From: Sulfurospirillum sp.
Lineage (GTDB): Bacteria > Campylobacterota > Campylobacteria > Campylobacterales > Sulfurospirillaceae
Direction: 5' to 3'
Assembly (NCBI GenBank): GCA_045047115.1
Contig: JASFYR010000002.1
Span: 1 to 60,277, forward strand
Length of the DNA stretch: 60,277 nucleotides
The translations under genes and the position numbers were made by a program. A model generated the notes under the pieces. The model saw only the letters and a list, made by a program, of their open reading frames with translations. It searched no databases and was not told the DNA's origin. This document shows, piece by piece, positions 9,124 to 19,254 of this stretch (its first letter is position 1; each line of letters starts with the position of its first letter).

Positions 9124-9837
9124 GTGAGCAAGAATCAATCTATGAAGATAGAAAATTTAGTAAAAAAATTCGGCAAAGGTGATAGCGAGGTGACCGTGAT
9201 AGATGGTGCAGACTTTACTCTAAACAAAGGTGAATTTGTAGCTCTTGTCGCACCAAGCGGTGCCGGAAAAACGACTCTGCTTATGATGTTAGGATGTGTA
9301 CTGGAGCCAACAAGTGGAAAAATAGAGATAGGAGATGAGGTAGTTTATGACAACAGATGGAAAGTGAAAGACGACAGAGAACTGAGACGAAAAAAGATAG
9401 GATTTATCTTTCAGGCTCACTATCTCATACCATTTTTAAATATAGAGGAGAACATATCTCTCCTTCCTTATCAAAATGGCGAATCATCAAAAGTTGTAAA
9501 GCCGAGAGTTAAAGAGCTTTTAGACTATCTTGATATGAGTGATAAACTACATAATATGCCAAGCGAGTTAAGTGGTGGTCAAAATCAAAGAATTGCCATT
9601 GCAAGAGCTTTGGCAAATGAGCCGGCAATCATACTGGCCGATGAACCAACTGCTGCACTTGACAGGCATAGAGCTGTAAGTGTCGTAAAGATGCTAAAAA
9701 AGATAACAAGAGAGCAAAATGTAACTATCATAATGGTTACGCATGATGATAGACTTTTGCCGTATTGTGATAAGATTTTGACCATTAAAGATAAAAAAAT
9801 TCAAATTAAGGAAAACGGCGATGAACATATCATATAA
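9124..9837 (+). CDS. ABC transporter ATP-binding protein (MacB/LolD-like)
   Basis: APSGAGKT, LSGGQ, ILADEPT, VTHD. Confidence 0.95.
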   Translation: MSKNQSMKIENLVKKFGKGDSEVTVIDGADFTLNKGEFVALVAPSGAGKTTLLMMLGCVLEPTSGKIEIGDEVVYDNRWKVKDDRELRRKKIGFIFQAHYLIPFLNIEENISLLPYQNGESSKVVKPRVKELLDYLDMSDKLHNMPSELSGGQNQRIAIARALANEPAIILADEPTAALDRHRAVSVVKMLKKITREQNVTIIMVTHDDRLLPYCDKILTIKDKKIQIKENGDEHII

Positions 9838-11074
9838 AAAACTAATTTTACTAGCCCTATTGCCTCTTAGTCTAAGCGCGACAACACTAAAAGAGATGTT
9901 AAATATAACTCTTAAAAACAATGCGAATATCAAATCTATGAAATACAATATAGAGTCAAAGAAAGAGATTCTAAAGAGCGTTTCAAACACTCTAAATCCT
10001 ACCGTAAATATAGGAGCAAACTACAACAGACTCGATCTTGATGTCCGCTCCACTCAGATAGGGGCAACGACTTTAGGTTATGTAAGATTCGGGGCAGATT
10101 TGTATGACGGCGGTAAAAATAGATCCATAAAGAGACAAAAAGGTTTTGAGTTGGAATCAACAAAACTAAATACAAAAACATCGACAAAAGAGATACTTTT
10201 GCAAGTTGTTACGCTTTTTTATCAGATAAAAATCATAGATGCAAATTTGCTAGCGTACAAAGACAAATCAAAAGCATTGTTTGCAGAATACCGAAGAGAG
10301 AAACAGAAATATGATCTTAAAATGATAACCATAGACGAGGTTTTAAAACTCCGTTCAGAATATGAATCAAATAAATACATCATAGATGATCTAAAATACC
10401 AAAGAGAGAGTTTGTACCAAAATCTATCTCTTTTGACGGGTAAAAATATCACATCTGTTGATGACTCCAAACTTCCTGATTTGAGAAATATAAAATACCA
10501 ACCAAGCTCTGATGTAAAAGCACTTCAAGCAGGTCTCAAAGCTGCAGATGAGAGTATAACTCAGGTCAATGCGATAAAAAAACCAAAGATTAGGCTGGAA
10601 GATACTCTCAGTGTCTATCATTACAATGATTACAACGAAGCTCTTTTGAAAGATTTACCTAATCAGCAAAACCAATTTATGCTTAGCTTTTCTTTAAACC
10701 TTTATGACACTTCAAGTTCTTATAAAAAGCAATCTGCTATGCTGGCAAAATTGGTGAAAAAAGAGCAGTTAAACTATGTAAAATCAAAAGAGAAGATAGT
10801 TTTTGACTTAGCCAAGAAAAAACTTTTGACACAAAAAGCCAAAATCAACTCAGCCAAGAGTGCTTTAGAGATGGCAAACAGTGTTTATGATATAATTTTA
10901 ACAAAATATCAAAATGGCATAGTGGACAATATAGCATATCTCGATGCATTAAGTAAAAAGACGATAAACAGAGCACTCTATAATCAAGCTCTAAATAACT
11001 ATGAGATAGCCAAAGCAAACTACTACTTCAGTAGCGGAGTGGATTATCAAGAGGTTTTGAAAATGAAATTTTAA
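9821..11074 (+). CDS. TolC-family outer membrane efflux protein
   Basis: Signal peptide, repeated OEP helices, KYQNGIVD..YLDA; follows the adaptor and ABC genes. Confidence 0.88.
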   Translation: MNISYKKLILLALLPLSLSATTLKEMLNITLKNNANIKSMKYNIESKKEILKSVSNTLNPTVNIGANYNRLDLDVRSTQIGATTLGYVRFGADLYDGGKNRSIKRQKGFELESTKLNTKTSTKEILLQVVTLFYQIKIIDANLLAYKDKSKALFAEYRREKQKYDLKMITIDEVLKLRSEYESNKYIIDDLKYQRESLYQNLSLLTGKNITSVDDSKLPDLRNIKYQPSSDVKALQAGLKAADESITQVNAIKKPKIRLEDTLSVYHYNDYNEALLKDLPNQQNQFMLSFSLNLYDTSSSYKKQSAMLAKLVKKEQLNYVKSKEKIVFDLAKKKLLTQKAKINSAKSALEMANSVYDIILTKYQNGIVDNIAYLDALSKKTINRALYNQALNNYEIAKANYYFSSGVDYQEVLKMKF

Positions 11075-11085
11075 GGTTAGTTGAT

Positions 11086-11553
11086 ATGGAAGAATTAAAC
11101 AAAGAAGAGATAAGAGACATAACAGTAGAGGTTTTGGATCACATGATGAATCCTAGAAACTATGGAAAGATAGACGATGCAAACGGAGTTGGTATGGGAG
11201 TTGATCCGACAAATGGAGAGTTTGCGCTTATCTATCTTGATATTGATGAAAACCAAGATATAAAAGATATAAAATTCTCCTGCAATGCTTGTCAAGATAC
11301 TGTTATAGCCGGTTCCATGTTTACAGAGATGGTAAAAGGCGAAACACTAGACTATGGCAAAGAGTCAGCTGCCTTGATGAATGAAAAGATCAAATCAGCC
11401 CCACCGAAACAACAAGCCTGCTCAGGCATGGTTATAAAAGCCTTTGATGCAGCAGTTCTACATGTAGAGGAAAAGAAGATTGGTTCAACAGAAGAGATGA
11501 AAAAACTAGAGTTAGATACCTCTTGCGAGGGTGTGGAAAATAAGGAGCAGTAA
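11086..11553 (+). CDS. IscU/NifU N-terminal-like Fe-S scaffold protein (non-canonical ligands)
   Basis: HMMNPRNYG, IKDIKFSCNAC, QQACS, matching the IscU layout. Confidence 0.8.
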   Translation: MEELNKEEIRDITVEVLDHMMNPRNYGKIDDANGVGMGVDPTNGEFALIYLDIDENQDIKDIKFSCNACQDTVIAGSMFTEMVKGETLDYGKESAALMNEKIKSAPPKQQACSGMVIKAFDAAVLHVEEKKIGSTEEMKKLELDTSCEGVENKEQ

Positions 11554-11556
11554 GAT

Positions 11557-12237
11557 ATGGATGTACTAGATATACTTGCCGATAAAAAAGTTCTGTATGC
11601 TGAGGATGAGAAGGGGATACGAAAACACATAACAGAAGTATTGGAGCTTTTTTTTGATAAGGTTGTCTCAGTCGAAGATGGACTTGAGGCTACTTATGAG
11701 ATGGATGTAGCCAGTTATGATGTTTTGATGTTTGATATCTGTATGCCTCATCTCGATGGACTTGAAGCACTAAGAAAGATAAGACAAAAAGATAAAAAGA
11801 TTCCCATTATCATACTTTCCGCCCATACTGAAGAGGAGTATCTTTGGAAGGCAGTTGAGCTTAAAATCACAAAGTATCTAGTAAAACCGTATGACAAACA
11901 TAGTCTTATGGAAGCCCTAAAAATTGTGGCTCTTGAACTTGTGGATAATAATCTTGAGATAAGGTTAAAAAATGATTGTATCTACAATCCCATAAAAAAG
12001 ATTGTCTGTGAAGGCAGCAAAGATATACAGCTTACCCTCAAAGAGAGTCGTCTTTTGGAGTATTTTATCAAAAGAGCAAACCAGAGTGTTACATTTGATG
12101 ATATAGGCGAGTATCTTTGGGATTTTGATCCCCCGTCAAAAGAGGCTATAAAGTCTGTAGTGAAAGAGTTGAGAAAAAAAATAGGAAAAGATACCATAAA
12201 AAATATCTATGGTATAGGGTATATTCTTGAACTTTAA
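11557..12237 (+). CDS. OmpR-family response regulator, probable regulator of ttrBCA
   Basis: YAEDE, FDICMP, KPY, IKNIYGIGY. Confidence 0.9.
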   Translation: MDVLDILADKKVLYAEDEKGIRKHITEVLELFFDKVVSVEDGLEATYEMDVASYDVLMFDICMPHLDGLEALRKIRQKDKKIPIIILSAHTEEEYLWKAVELKITKYLVKPYDKHSLMEALKIVALELVDNNLEIRLKNDCIYNPIKKIVCEGSKDIQLTLKESRLLEYFIKRANQSVTFDDIGEYLWDFDPPSKEAIKSVVKELRKKIGKDTIKNIYGIGYILEL

Positions 12238-13960
12238 AAATCTCTCTCACTCCGTCTCGGTAAAAACAAAAACCGTAATTTTAGTTTGGATACTTATAAT
12301 CATGCTCTCAACCGTATTTTTCTTTATACGATACTTTGATATAAAAAATTTTGCTTCAAATAATCAACTCTTAGAGTTAAAAAGGGTAACAGTTGTGTAT
12401 AAAGAGACGCTCAAGAGAATCAGAAAATTTTACACAACAAGAGGCTATGCAAATATAAACTCTTACGGCATAGTAAAGGCATTTGTAAAGAAAGATGTTA
12501 AATCCTTGCATGATTTGAGTCTGCCCAGGTGGAAAATAATCGCAAAGGAGAATAGATATCTCACATCATTTAGCTTTTATGACAAAAATGGAAAACTTTT
12601 GACATATTTTAGACAAAAACCCCAATCTCATCTCTCATATTTTGATAGTTTGAAAAAACCTTATGACGGTTTTTGGTATGATAATGGGGAGTTTTTATAT
12701 CATACTGTTTCTGAAGCAAGAGATAAAAATTCAAATATCGTCGGCTTTGTTGTTTTTGCTATCAATCCAAAATACTTCTTAGCACAAATAAGAAAGATTA
12801 TGGATATTGATGCCCATATATATTTTGATGATTCAAAACACAAGATGCTTTTTTCGCTAGAAAAAGATAAACAGATTGATAATTATATTAAAAAAAATAA
12901 TTTTTTCAATCTAAAAGAGACAAGGATTGGCGGAAGAGATTTTTTATCATATATTATAAATGGAAAGGGTATAGATAAAAATAATGATTTTAAGATAGTT
13001 TTTCTACAAGATATTTCACACTGGGAAGAGATAGTAGATAAGGCAATACTTCAAAGTATCATTGTTATGTTTTTGCTTACCATTGTAACGGTTGTTGTTA
13101 TAAATTATGGATTTGATGTCATTTTACGGCAATTGGATGAGTTAAATCAAAAGTTGGTCAAAAGCCAAAATGAACTTAAAGAGTTAAATAAGAACTTGCA
13201 ATTAAGAGTGCAAAAAGAGATAGGTTTAAAACTAAAAAAACAAAGAGAAGCAAACGAAAAAGAGAGGATTTTGGTTCATCAGAGTAAACTTGCAAGTATG
13301 GGTGAAATGATAGGAAATATTGCCCATCAATGGAGACAACCACTGACGGAGCTCTCCTCAATTTTGATAAATATGGAACTCTTTTTTGAGCGAGGTAAAC
13401 TAACCAAGCAAAAGCTAGAGTCAAAAATCGAAGATGCAAATACACAGATAAGTTTTATGTCAAAAACGATAGATGACTTTAGAAATTTTTTCTCATCAGG
13501 AAAACAAAAAGAGACACTAAATGTATCTATACCTATCAAAAAAGTACAAAAGCTTATGAGCGTATCTTTAAAAAATAACGGCATTAAGCTTAATATCGAG
13601 ATACAAGATGATTTTCATATATTTGCATATCCAAATGAGATGACACAGGCGCTTTTAAATTTGGTTAATAATGCAAAAGATGCTCTTATAGAAAGAAGAG
13701 TTAAAGATGCTTTTATTCATATAGTGACATATGATGAAGACAATAAGCATATTATCAAAGTAGAAGATAATGCGGGAGGTATATATATAGAACCTCTAGA
13801 TAAGGTATTTGAACCCTACTTTAGTACAAAACATGCAACAATAGGTACGGGTATAGGTCTATATATGACTAAAATCATAGTAGAGAAAAATAATTCCGGA
13901 ATAATTCTTGTCGATAATTATAGCAAAGGTGCGGTTTTTACAATAATATTTGACTCTTAA
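12227..13960 (+). CDS. Sensor histidine kinase with a large periplasmic (Cache-like) domain
   Basis: Two TMs, IAHQWRQPL H-box, NAKDA, DNAGG, GTGIGL. Confidence 0.92.
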   Translation: MNFKNLSHSVSVKTKTVILVWILIIMLSTVFFFIRYFDIKNFASNNQLLELKRVTVVYKETLKRIRKFYTTRGYANINSYGIVKAFVKKDVKSLHDLSLPRWKIIAKENRYLTSFSFYDKNGKLLTYFRQKPQSHLSYFDSLKKPYDGFWYDNGEFLYHTVSEARDKNSNIVGFVVFAINPKYFLAQIRKIMDIDAHIYFDDSKHKMLFSLEKDKQIDNYIKKNNFFNLKETRIGGRDFLSYIINGKGIDKNNDFKIVFLQDISHWEEIVDKAILQSIIVMFLLTIVTVVVINYGFDVILRQLDELNQKLVKSQNELKELNKNLQLRVQKEIGLKLKKQREANEKERILVHQSKLASMGEMIGNIAHQWRQPLTELSSILINMELFFERGKLTKQKLESKIEDANTQISFMSKTIDDFRNFFSSGKQKETLNVSIPIKKVQKLMSVSLKNNGIKLNIEIQDDFHIFAYPNEMTQALLNLVNNAKDALIERRVKDAFIHIVTYDEDNKHIIKVEDNAGGIYIEPLDKVFEPYFSTKHATIGTGIGLYMTKIIVEKNNSGIILVDNYSKGAVFTIIFDS

Positions 13961-13980
13961 CACTCTTTATGTTTTTCTTA

Positions 13981-14011
13981 CCCTTCTTTCCCCCTCTTTG
14001 TTGTTATGATA
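13981..14011 (+). promoter_or_regulatory. ttrBCA promoter: C-rich direct repeat plus extended -10
   Basis: cccttcttt / cccctcttt at 10-bp spacing, then TGtTATGAT; near-identical to 23825-23853. Confidence 0.6.
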
Positions 14012-14036
14012 ATAAAAAATTTAAAAAGGAGAGAAG

Positions 14037-14837
14037 ATGGAAGAGAAAAACTCCAGAAGGGATTTTCTGAAAAAAGGCTTATCAACAACTGCTTTTGCGA
14101 TGCTCGCAACATCGCAGGCAAATGCCTTTTCTATGCAAAATCCCGGACGAGATGCCAAAGATCCTAAATATATAGGGCAAGTGGGAAAGCATTTTGTTAT
14201 GGTTATGGACCTTAGAAAATGTATAGGTTGTCAAGCTTGTACAGCAACATGTATGATAGAAAATCTTGTTCCAAAAGGGCAACATAGAACATTTGTTCCA
14301 GAGATGGAGATTGGTGAATTTCCAAATGTTAGAAAAGGTTTTCTGCCTCAATTATGTAATCATTGTGATGAGCCATCTTGTGTAAGTGTTTGTCCTACAG
14401 GGGCAACATTTAAACGAAAAGATGGGATTGTTGTTGTTGATAATACTGTTTGTTGGGGATGCGGATACTGTGTAGAAGCTTGTCCTTATGATAAGCGTTT
14501 TATCAATACAAAGACAAAAGTAGTAGATAAATGTAATTTTTGTGCACAAAGAGTTGACGAAGGCTTGTTGCCGGCATGTGTTGAAACATGTGTGGGAGGA
14601 GCAAGAGTTTTTGGCGATTTAAATGATAAAAATTCAGAAGTTTCAAAACTACTCAATACTTTTCCACACGATGTTTTAAAACCTGAACAGGGCAATAAAC
14701 CCCAAGTATTTTATATTGGTTTAGACAATAGACTTGTAGAAGTTTTGGATTCAACGCCAGGACTTGATGATTGGGTGCGTTTACAATTGAAGATTTTAGA
14801 AAAAGAATGGGCAATACTCCCAAAAAAAGAGGTGTAA
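14037..14837 (+). CDS. ttrB: Tetrathionate reductase-like Fe-S subunit B
   Basis: Tat signal SRRDFLK; four 4Fe-4S motifs (CIGCQAC, CNHCDEPSC, CWGCGYC, CNFC...PACVETC). Confidence 0.85.
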   Translation: MEEKNSRRDFLKKGLSTTAFAMLATSQANAFSMQNPGRDAKDPKYIGQVGKHFVMVMDLRKCIGCQACTATCMIENLVPKGQHRTFVPEMEIGEFPNVRKGFLPQLCNHCDEPSCVSVCPTGATFKRKDGIVVVDNTVCWGCGYCVEACPYDKRFINTKTKVVDKCNFCAQRVDEGLLPACVETCVGGARVFGDLNDKNSEVSKLLNTFPHDVLKPEQGNKPQVFYIGLDNRLVEVLDSTPGLDDWVRLQLKILEKEWAILPKKEV

Positions 14838-14838
14838 A

Positions 14839-16017
14839 ATGGAAACACAATTAATAACCACATTGACATCAATTACTCCATACAGAGCTTGGGGATTTGA
14901 TATCCCTAACTATTTTTGGTTTACGAGTACTTCAGCTGCTGCTTTTATTATTTTTAGCTTGGCTATAGTGTTTGGTATAAAAAAGTATCGTCCTATTGCC
15001 GGATTTTCGCTATTGGTGGCATTTGCATTTCTTGCAGCTGCTCCGCTAAATCTTGTTGATGATTTAAAACAACCAGGTCGTTTGATAAATTTTTTCCTTT
15101 ATGGATGGGAAAACTTTCCTACATCTCCAATGAAGTGGGGTGTTCTGATACTCATGTCTTATTTTGGACTCATTATTTTAACAATACTGATATTTTATCG
15201 CTCATATTTTGTTAAGAGGATGGAAAAGTCTGGCACGATAGGTAAGACATTTTATAAAATTATGGCTCTGGGAAGAACTTCACAGGATATAGAATCACAA
15301 AATATAGACAATAAGATTTTATATTTTATTACTGCTGCAGGCATTCCGTTGGTCATAGCCCTAGAAGGATATACAGGGTATATTATAGGGGTTGTTCATG
15401 CTATTCCATTATGGCATACGCCTTTGATGCCTATTTTATTTCTTGCATCTGCTATGGTAGAAGGGATAGGCGCATTGATTCTTTTGTTGCTTGTATTTCA
15501 AAAATTCTTTTCAGAGAAAATGCAAGTTGACAGAAAGATGATTGAAAGTCTTGCCAAACTTTTAGCTTGGTTTATTTTAGCAGAACTTGTTGTGCATGTA
15601 ATATGGCTAAGTTTTGCAATGCCATTTAACGGATCAGAAAAAAATATACTTTTTAAATATTTTGATTTGCATTTAAGCAAGGTAATTGGCGAATACATTA
15701 TATGTTATATCGCACCGGCAATTATCGGGTTAACTTTATTAAGAAAGTCACTATTTTTAGTTTCATTGGGGGCAATTGCTTCAGCTGCTGGTGGATGGAT
15801 GCTCAGAGAGACTTTAGTCATAGGAGGACAAGAGCTACCAAAAACAGTACCTGGATTTATGGAGTATACATCTCCAATTTTTGGACCAGACAGCATAATG
15901 TCCGTTGCATCGAATTGGGCATTTCTTGTTGCTATGATTGCAATATTTGCAGTAATTTTTCCATGGGATGAAGAGATGAGAGATAGTTATGAAGGAGTAA
16001 AAGATGAACAAAAATAG
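14839..16017 (+). CDS. ttrC: NrfD/PsrC-family membrane anchor (TtrC-like)
   Basis: Polytopic; DLKQPGR, SPMKWG, YTG, PLWHTP..P..FLASA motifs. Confidence 0.8.
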   Translation: METQLITTLTSITPYRAWGFDIPNYFWFTSTSAAAFIIFSLAIVFGIKKYRPIAGFSLLVAFAFLAAAPLNLVDDLKQPGRLINFFLYGWENFPTSPMKWGVLILMSYFGLIILTILIFYRSYFVKRMEKSGTIGKTFYKIMALGRTSQDIESQNIDNKILYFITAAGIPLVIALEGYTGYIIGVVHAIPLWHTPLMPILFLASAMVEGIGALILLLLVFQKFFSEKMQVDRKMIESLAKLLAWFILAELVVHVIWLSFAMPFNGSEKNILFKYFDLHLSKVIGEYIICYIAPAIIGLTLLRKSLFLVSLGAIASAAGGWMLRETLVIGGQELPKTVPGFMEYTSPIFGPDSIMSVASNWAFLVAMIAIFAVIFPWDEEMRDSYEGVKDEQK

Positions 16018-19000
16018 AAGAAATTTTTTAATAGGGACATCAGCTGTGGCGGCCTCAGCTTCTATTGCGGGGTATGAAGGTACTCTAAAAAAAGCTGTGA
16101 CAATGTCAAATAACGGAGAGAGTGCAAAAGATCCTATTTATGGAAATTCTAATAAAACTGCATATAGTTTTTTAAATGATAAATTCGTAGCTAATGATGA
16201 ATTTAAAATCTGTGCCACGACTTGTATAGGTTGTACAACTCAGTGTGGTGTTAGAGTAAAGATAGATAAAAAAACTGATAAAGTAGTTAGAGTTTTGGGT
16301 AATCCATACAATCTTCTCTCAACTGATCCTTGGTTACCGTATAATACAAGTATAAAAGAGAGTTATGAAATCCTATCTCAAAAAGGTAAATTTGAAACTT
16401 ATAGATCAAATGTGTGTGCCAGAGGTAATGTAATCTTTGATAAAATAGATGCCAAAGACAGAGTTTTAAAACCTTTAAAAAGAGTTGGCAAAAGAGGTGA
16501 AAATAAATGGAAAGAGATAGACATCGACCAACTAGTAGATGAGGTAGTAAATGGTGGTAATCTCTTTGGCGAAGGGCATGTAAAAGGATTGAAAGATGTA
16601 AGAGATGTTAAAACTCCTATCAATCCTAATGAGCCTGTATTTGGGCCTAAATCAAATGGCCTAAGTTTTATTGGTACTACTCACGAAGGAAGAATTAAAG
16701 TAGTTGTAAATAGATTTTTAAAATCTTTCGGCACTTGTAATTGGGAAGGTCATGGTGCAACTTGCGGTTTATCCATGAGAGTTGGAGAAGCAGCATTTTT
16801 AAATAATTTTAAAAAATATCCTCATTTAAAGCCAGATTTTGAAAATACCGAGTATCTTTTGAGTATCGGGACACCTCCAGGACAAGCAGGTAATCCTTTT
16901 AAAAGACAAGGTAAGCTTTTAGCTCGTGCTAGAAGTGAAGGCAATATAGACTATACTATAGTATCTCCGATGCAAGGCAATAGCGATACTATATCAGCTG
17001 GATCAAGAAGTCATTGGATACCAACAATTCCCGGAACTGACTTAGCTTTTGTAATGGGAGTTTTACAAATTATTATAAATAACAAGATATATAATAAAAA
17101 GTATCTATCTATGCCTTCAGCAAAAGCTATGAAAGTTCTAAAAGATGTCTCTTGGACAAATGCTACTCATTTGATAATTCAAGATAAAGATGGATTTGGG
17201 AAGATACTAAAAGATGGCAAAACTCCTTTGGTTCTAGACACAAGTGACAACACATTAAAATCTTCAAATGAAGTTGCTCAGGCAGTTCTTGATTTTAAAG
17301 GCAGTGTTGAATACAAAGGAAAAACATACAGTGTCAGAACTTCCTTTAATGAGTTAAAAGAAAATGTAAACGAATTAAGTTTGCAAGAGTACTCCAAGGA
17401 GTGTGGAGTTAGTGTAGAAACCATGCAGGAAGTAGCGAAAAAATTTGTTTCTCATGGTAGAAAAGCAAGTGTTGACTGTCATGGCGGTACAATGCATACC
17501 ACAGGATTTTACACAGCCTATGCAGTTATGATGTTAGGTGCAATGGTAGGAAGCTTAAACTATAAAGGCGGAATGAGTGCCGGCGGAGGAGCTTATAAAG
17601 ATTTTAAAGGCAAGAAATATAATCTTTTTGCATATAAAGGAAAGCCAAATATAAAAGCTGCAAAAATAGATAAAACAAGAATGTCATATGAAAAAACAAA
17701 TGAGTATAAAAACAAAGTGGCCAACGGTGAAAATCCATATCCTGCAAAAGGCAATTGGTTTCCATTTGTAAGTCAGCTTTCACATCATATAGTTAAAAAC
17801 AGTTCCGAAGGTTATCCTTACAAATTAGATGTATTGATGACAAATGCTTCTAACTTTATGTATGGAACAAGTGGATCTGAAGGTGAAATGAAAAAGCTTT
17901 TGGCTGATCCAAAGAACTCTATACCTCTTTTTATTGCAGTTGATCCATTTATAAATGAAACATCCAAGTATGCTGATTATATCGTGCCGGATTCTGTTCT
18001 TTATGAGACTTGGGGTGTTGTTCATGTGTGGAATGGTTATCAAACTAAAATAAATACACTGAGATTTCCAGTTGTAAAGCCAAAACAGGCCACTTTTAAA
18101 AATGGTGAACCTATAGATATGATAAGTTTTATGATAGCTCTTGGTAAAAAGTTAAAACTTCCAGGTTTTGGAGAAAAAGCCATAAAAGGAAATGACGGTA
18201 CTTGGTATCCATTAAATAAAGCTGAAGATATATATTTAAGAGCATTTGAAAATATAGCAATGGATGGTAAACCTGTGCCAGATGCAAGCGATGAAGATAT
18301 AAAACTTAGTGGTATAGAAGAGTATGTTCCTGCACTTAAGAGAATCTGTGGGAAAAATTGGAGAAAAACAGCATATGTGATGGCAAGAGGCGGAAGGTAT
18401 CAAGATATTGAGCATAGTTACAGTGGAGAATTTATATCTCATCAATACAAAAAGCCTGTACAAATATATAATGAAACAGTTGGTACTACAAGAAATTCAC
18501 TAACAGGTGAAAGATATAGTGGAACTATCAAATTCTTTAAGCAAAGACAAGTTGGAGGCAAAACATATGACGAGGTGTATCCTAAAGACAAATATCCGTT
18601 AACAGCTTTTTCTTTCAAATCAAATGTATTGGCAACTCCTGATGCAAGCAGTAATAATTTGGCAGAAATAAGATTTACAACATATATAGATCTAAATCCA
18701 AGAACAGCTAAAGAGTTTAATTTAAAACATGGTGATTTGGTGGAAGTAACATCAGAATATGGAAAAGTAAAAGGATATCTAAGATACAGAAATGGTGTAA
18801 CTCCCGGATGTATAGGTGTTGAGCATGGTCTTGGAAGAGATGCTGAAGGAGCTGAAAATGTTGTCATAAATGGCAAAACAGCAAAAGTAATAGTAAGAAG
18901 AAAAAGCGGTGTGAACATAAATAAGCTTGGACTTTTAGACCCAACCGGGGGCATGCAAACTGCAAACGACTTTGTGTGCGGCTCAAATGCGAGACAAGCG

Positions 19001-19030
19001 ATACCAGTTGATATTAAAAAAATTGGGTAG
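16004..19030 (+). CDS. ttrA: Tetrathionate reductase-like molybdopterin catalytic subunit A (TtrA/SrdA clade)
   Basis: Tat signal NRRNFL; CIGCTTQC...VCARG; HGATCG catalytic Cys region; SETS-like NETSKYADYIVPD; B-C-A gene order. Confidence 0.85.
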   Translation: MNKNRRNFLIGTSAVAASASIAGYEGTLKKAVTMSNNGESAKDPIYGNSNKTAYSFLNDKFVANDEFKICATTCIGCTTQCGVRVKIDKKTDKVVRVLGNPYNLLSTDPWLPYNTSIKESYEILSQKGKFETYRSNVCARGNVIFDKIDAKDRVLKPLKRVGKRGENKWKEIDIDQLVDEVVNGGNLFGEGHVKGLKDVRDVKTPINPNEPVFGPKSNGLSFIGTTHEGRIKVVVNRFLKSFGTCNWEGHGATCGLSMRVGEAAFLNNFKKYPHLKPDFENTEYLLSIGTPPGQAGNPFKRQGKLLARARSEGNIDYTIVSPMQGNSDTISAGSRSHWIPTIPGTDLAFVMGVLQIIINNKIYNKKYLSMPSAKAMKVLKDVSWTNATHLIIQDKDGFGKILKDGKTPLVLDTSDNTLKSSNEVAQAVLDFKGSVEYKGKTYSVRTSFNELKENVNELSLQEYSKECGVSVETMQEVAKKFVSHGRKASVDCHGGTMHTTGFYTAYAVMMLGAMVGSLNYKGGMSAGGGAYKDFKGKKYNLFAYKGKPNIKAAKIDKTRMSYEKTNEYKNKVANGENPYPAKGNWFPFVSQLSHHIVKNSSEGYPYKLDVLMTNASNFMYGTSGSEGEMKKLLADPKNSIPLFIAVDPFINETSKYADYIVPDSVLYETWGVVHVWNGYQTKINTLRFPVVKPKQATFKNGEPIDMISFMIALGKKLKLPGFGEKAIKGNDGTWYPLNKAEDIYLRAFENIAMDGKPVPDASDEDIKLSGIEEYVPALKRICGKNWRKTAYVMARGGRYQDIEHSYSGEFISHQYKKPVQIYNETVGTTRNSLTGERYSGTIKFFKQRQVGGKTYDEVYPKDKYPLTAFSFKSNVLATPDASSNNLAEIRFTTYIDLNPRTAKEFNLKHGDLVEVTSEYGKVKGYLRYRNGVTPGCIGVEHGLGRDAEGAENVVINGKTAKVIVRRKSGVNINKLGLLDPTGGMQTANDFVCGSNARQAIPVDIKKIG

Positions 19031-19047
19031 TTTACTATTCTAATTTT

Positions 19048-19077
19048 TCTTGGAAGATTTATTTAAATCTTCCAAGA
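19048..19077. terminator. Perfect 14-bp inverted repeat after ttrA
   Basis: TCTTGGAAGATTTA-tt-TAAATCTTCCAAGA. Confidence 0.6.
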
Positions 19078-19254
19078 TATTTATAGATATGTATTTTTTA
19101 TCTCGTTAAACATTGCAAGATCAAAAATGGATAATTTGCTATAATGTTGAATTATCTTAAATAAAGAAGAGTTGCAAAAGCAAATAACAGAAGATAAAGA
19201 TATCAATATCAAAGTTCTATAAAAACAATAGAATTTACTTTATTAAAAGGGAGA

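Noticed and set aside
19128..19222. Protein-like fragment (NKEELQKQITEDKDINIKVL) between ttrA and the TDT gene
   Set aside because: Too short and not assignable to a family by eye.
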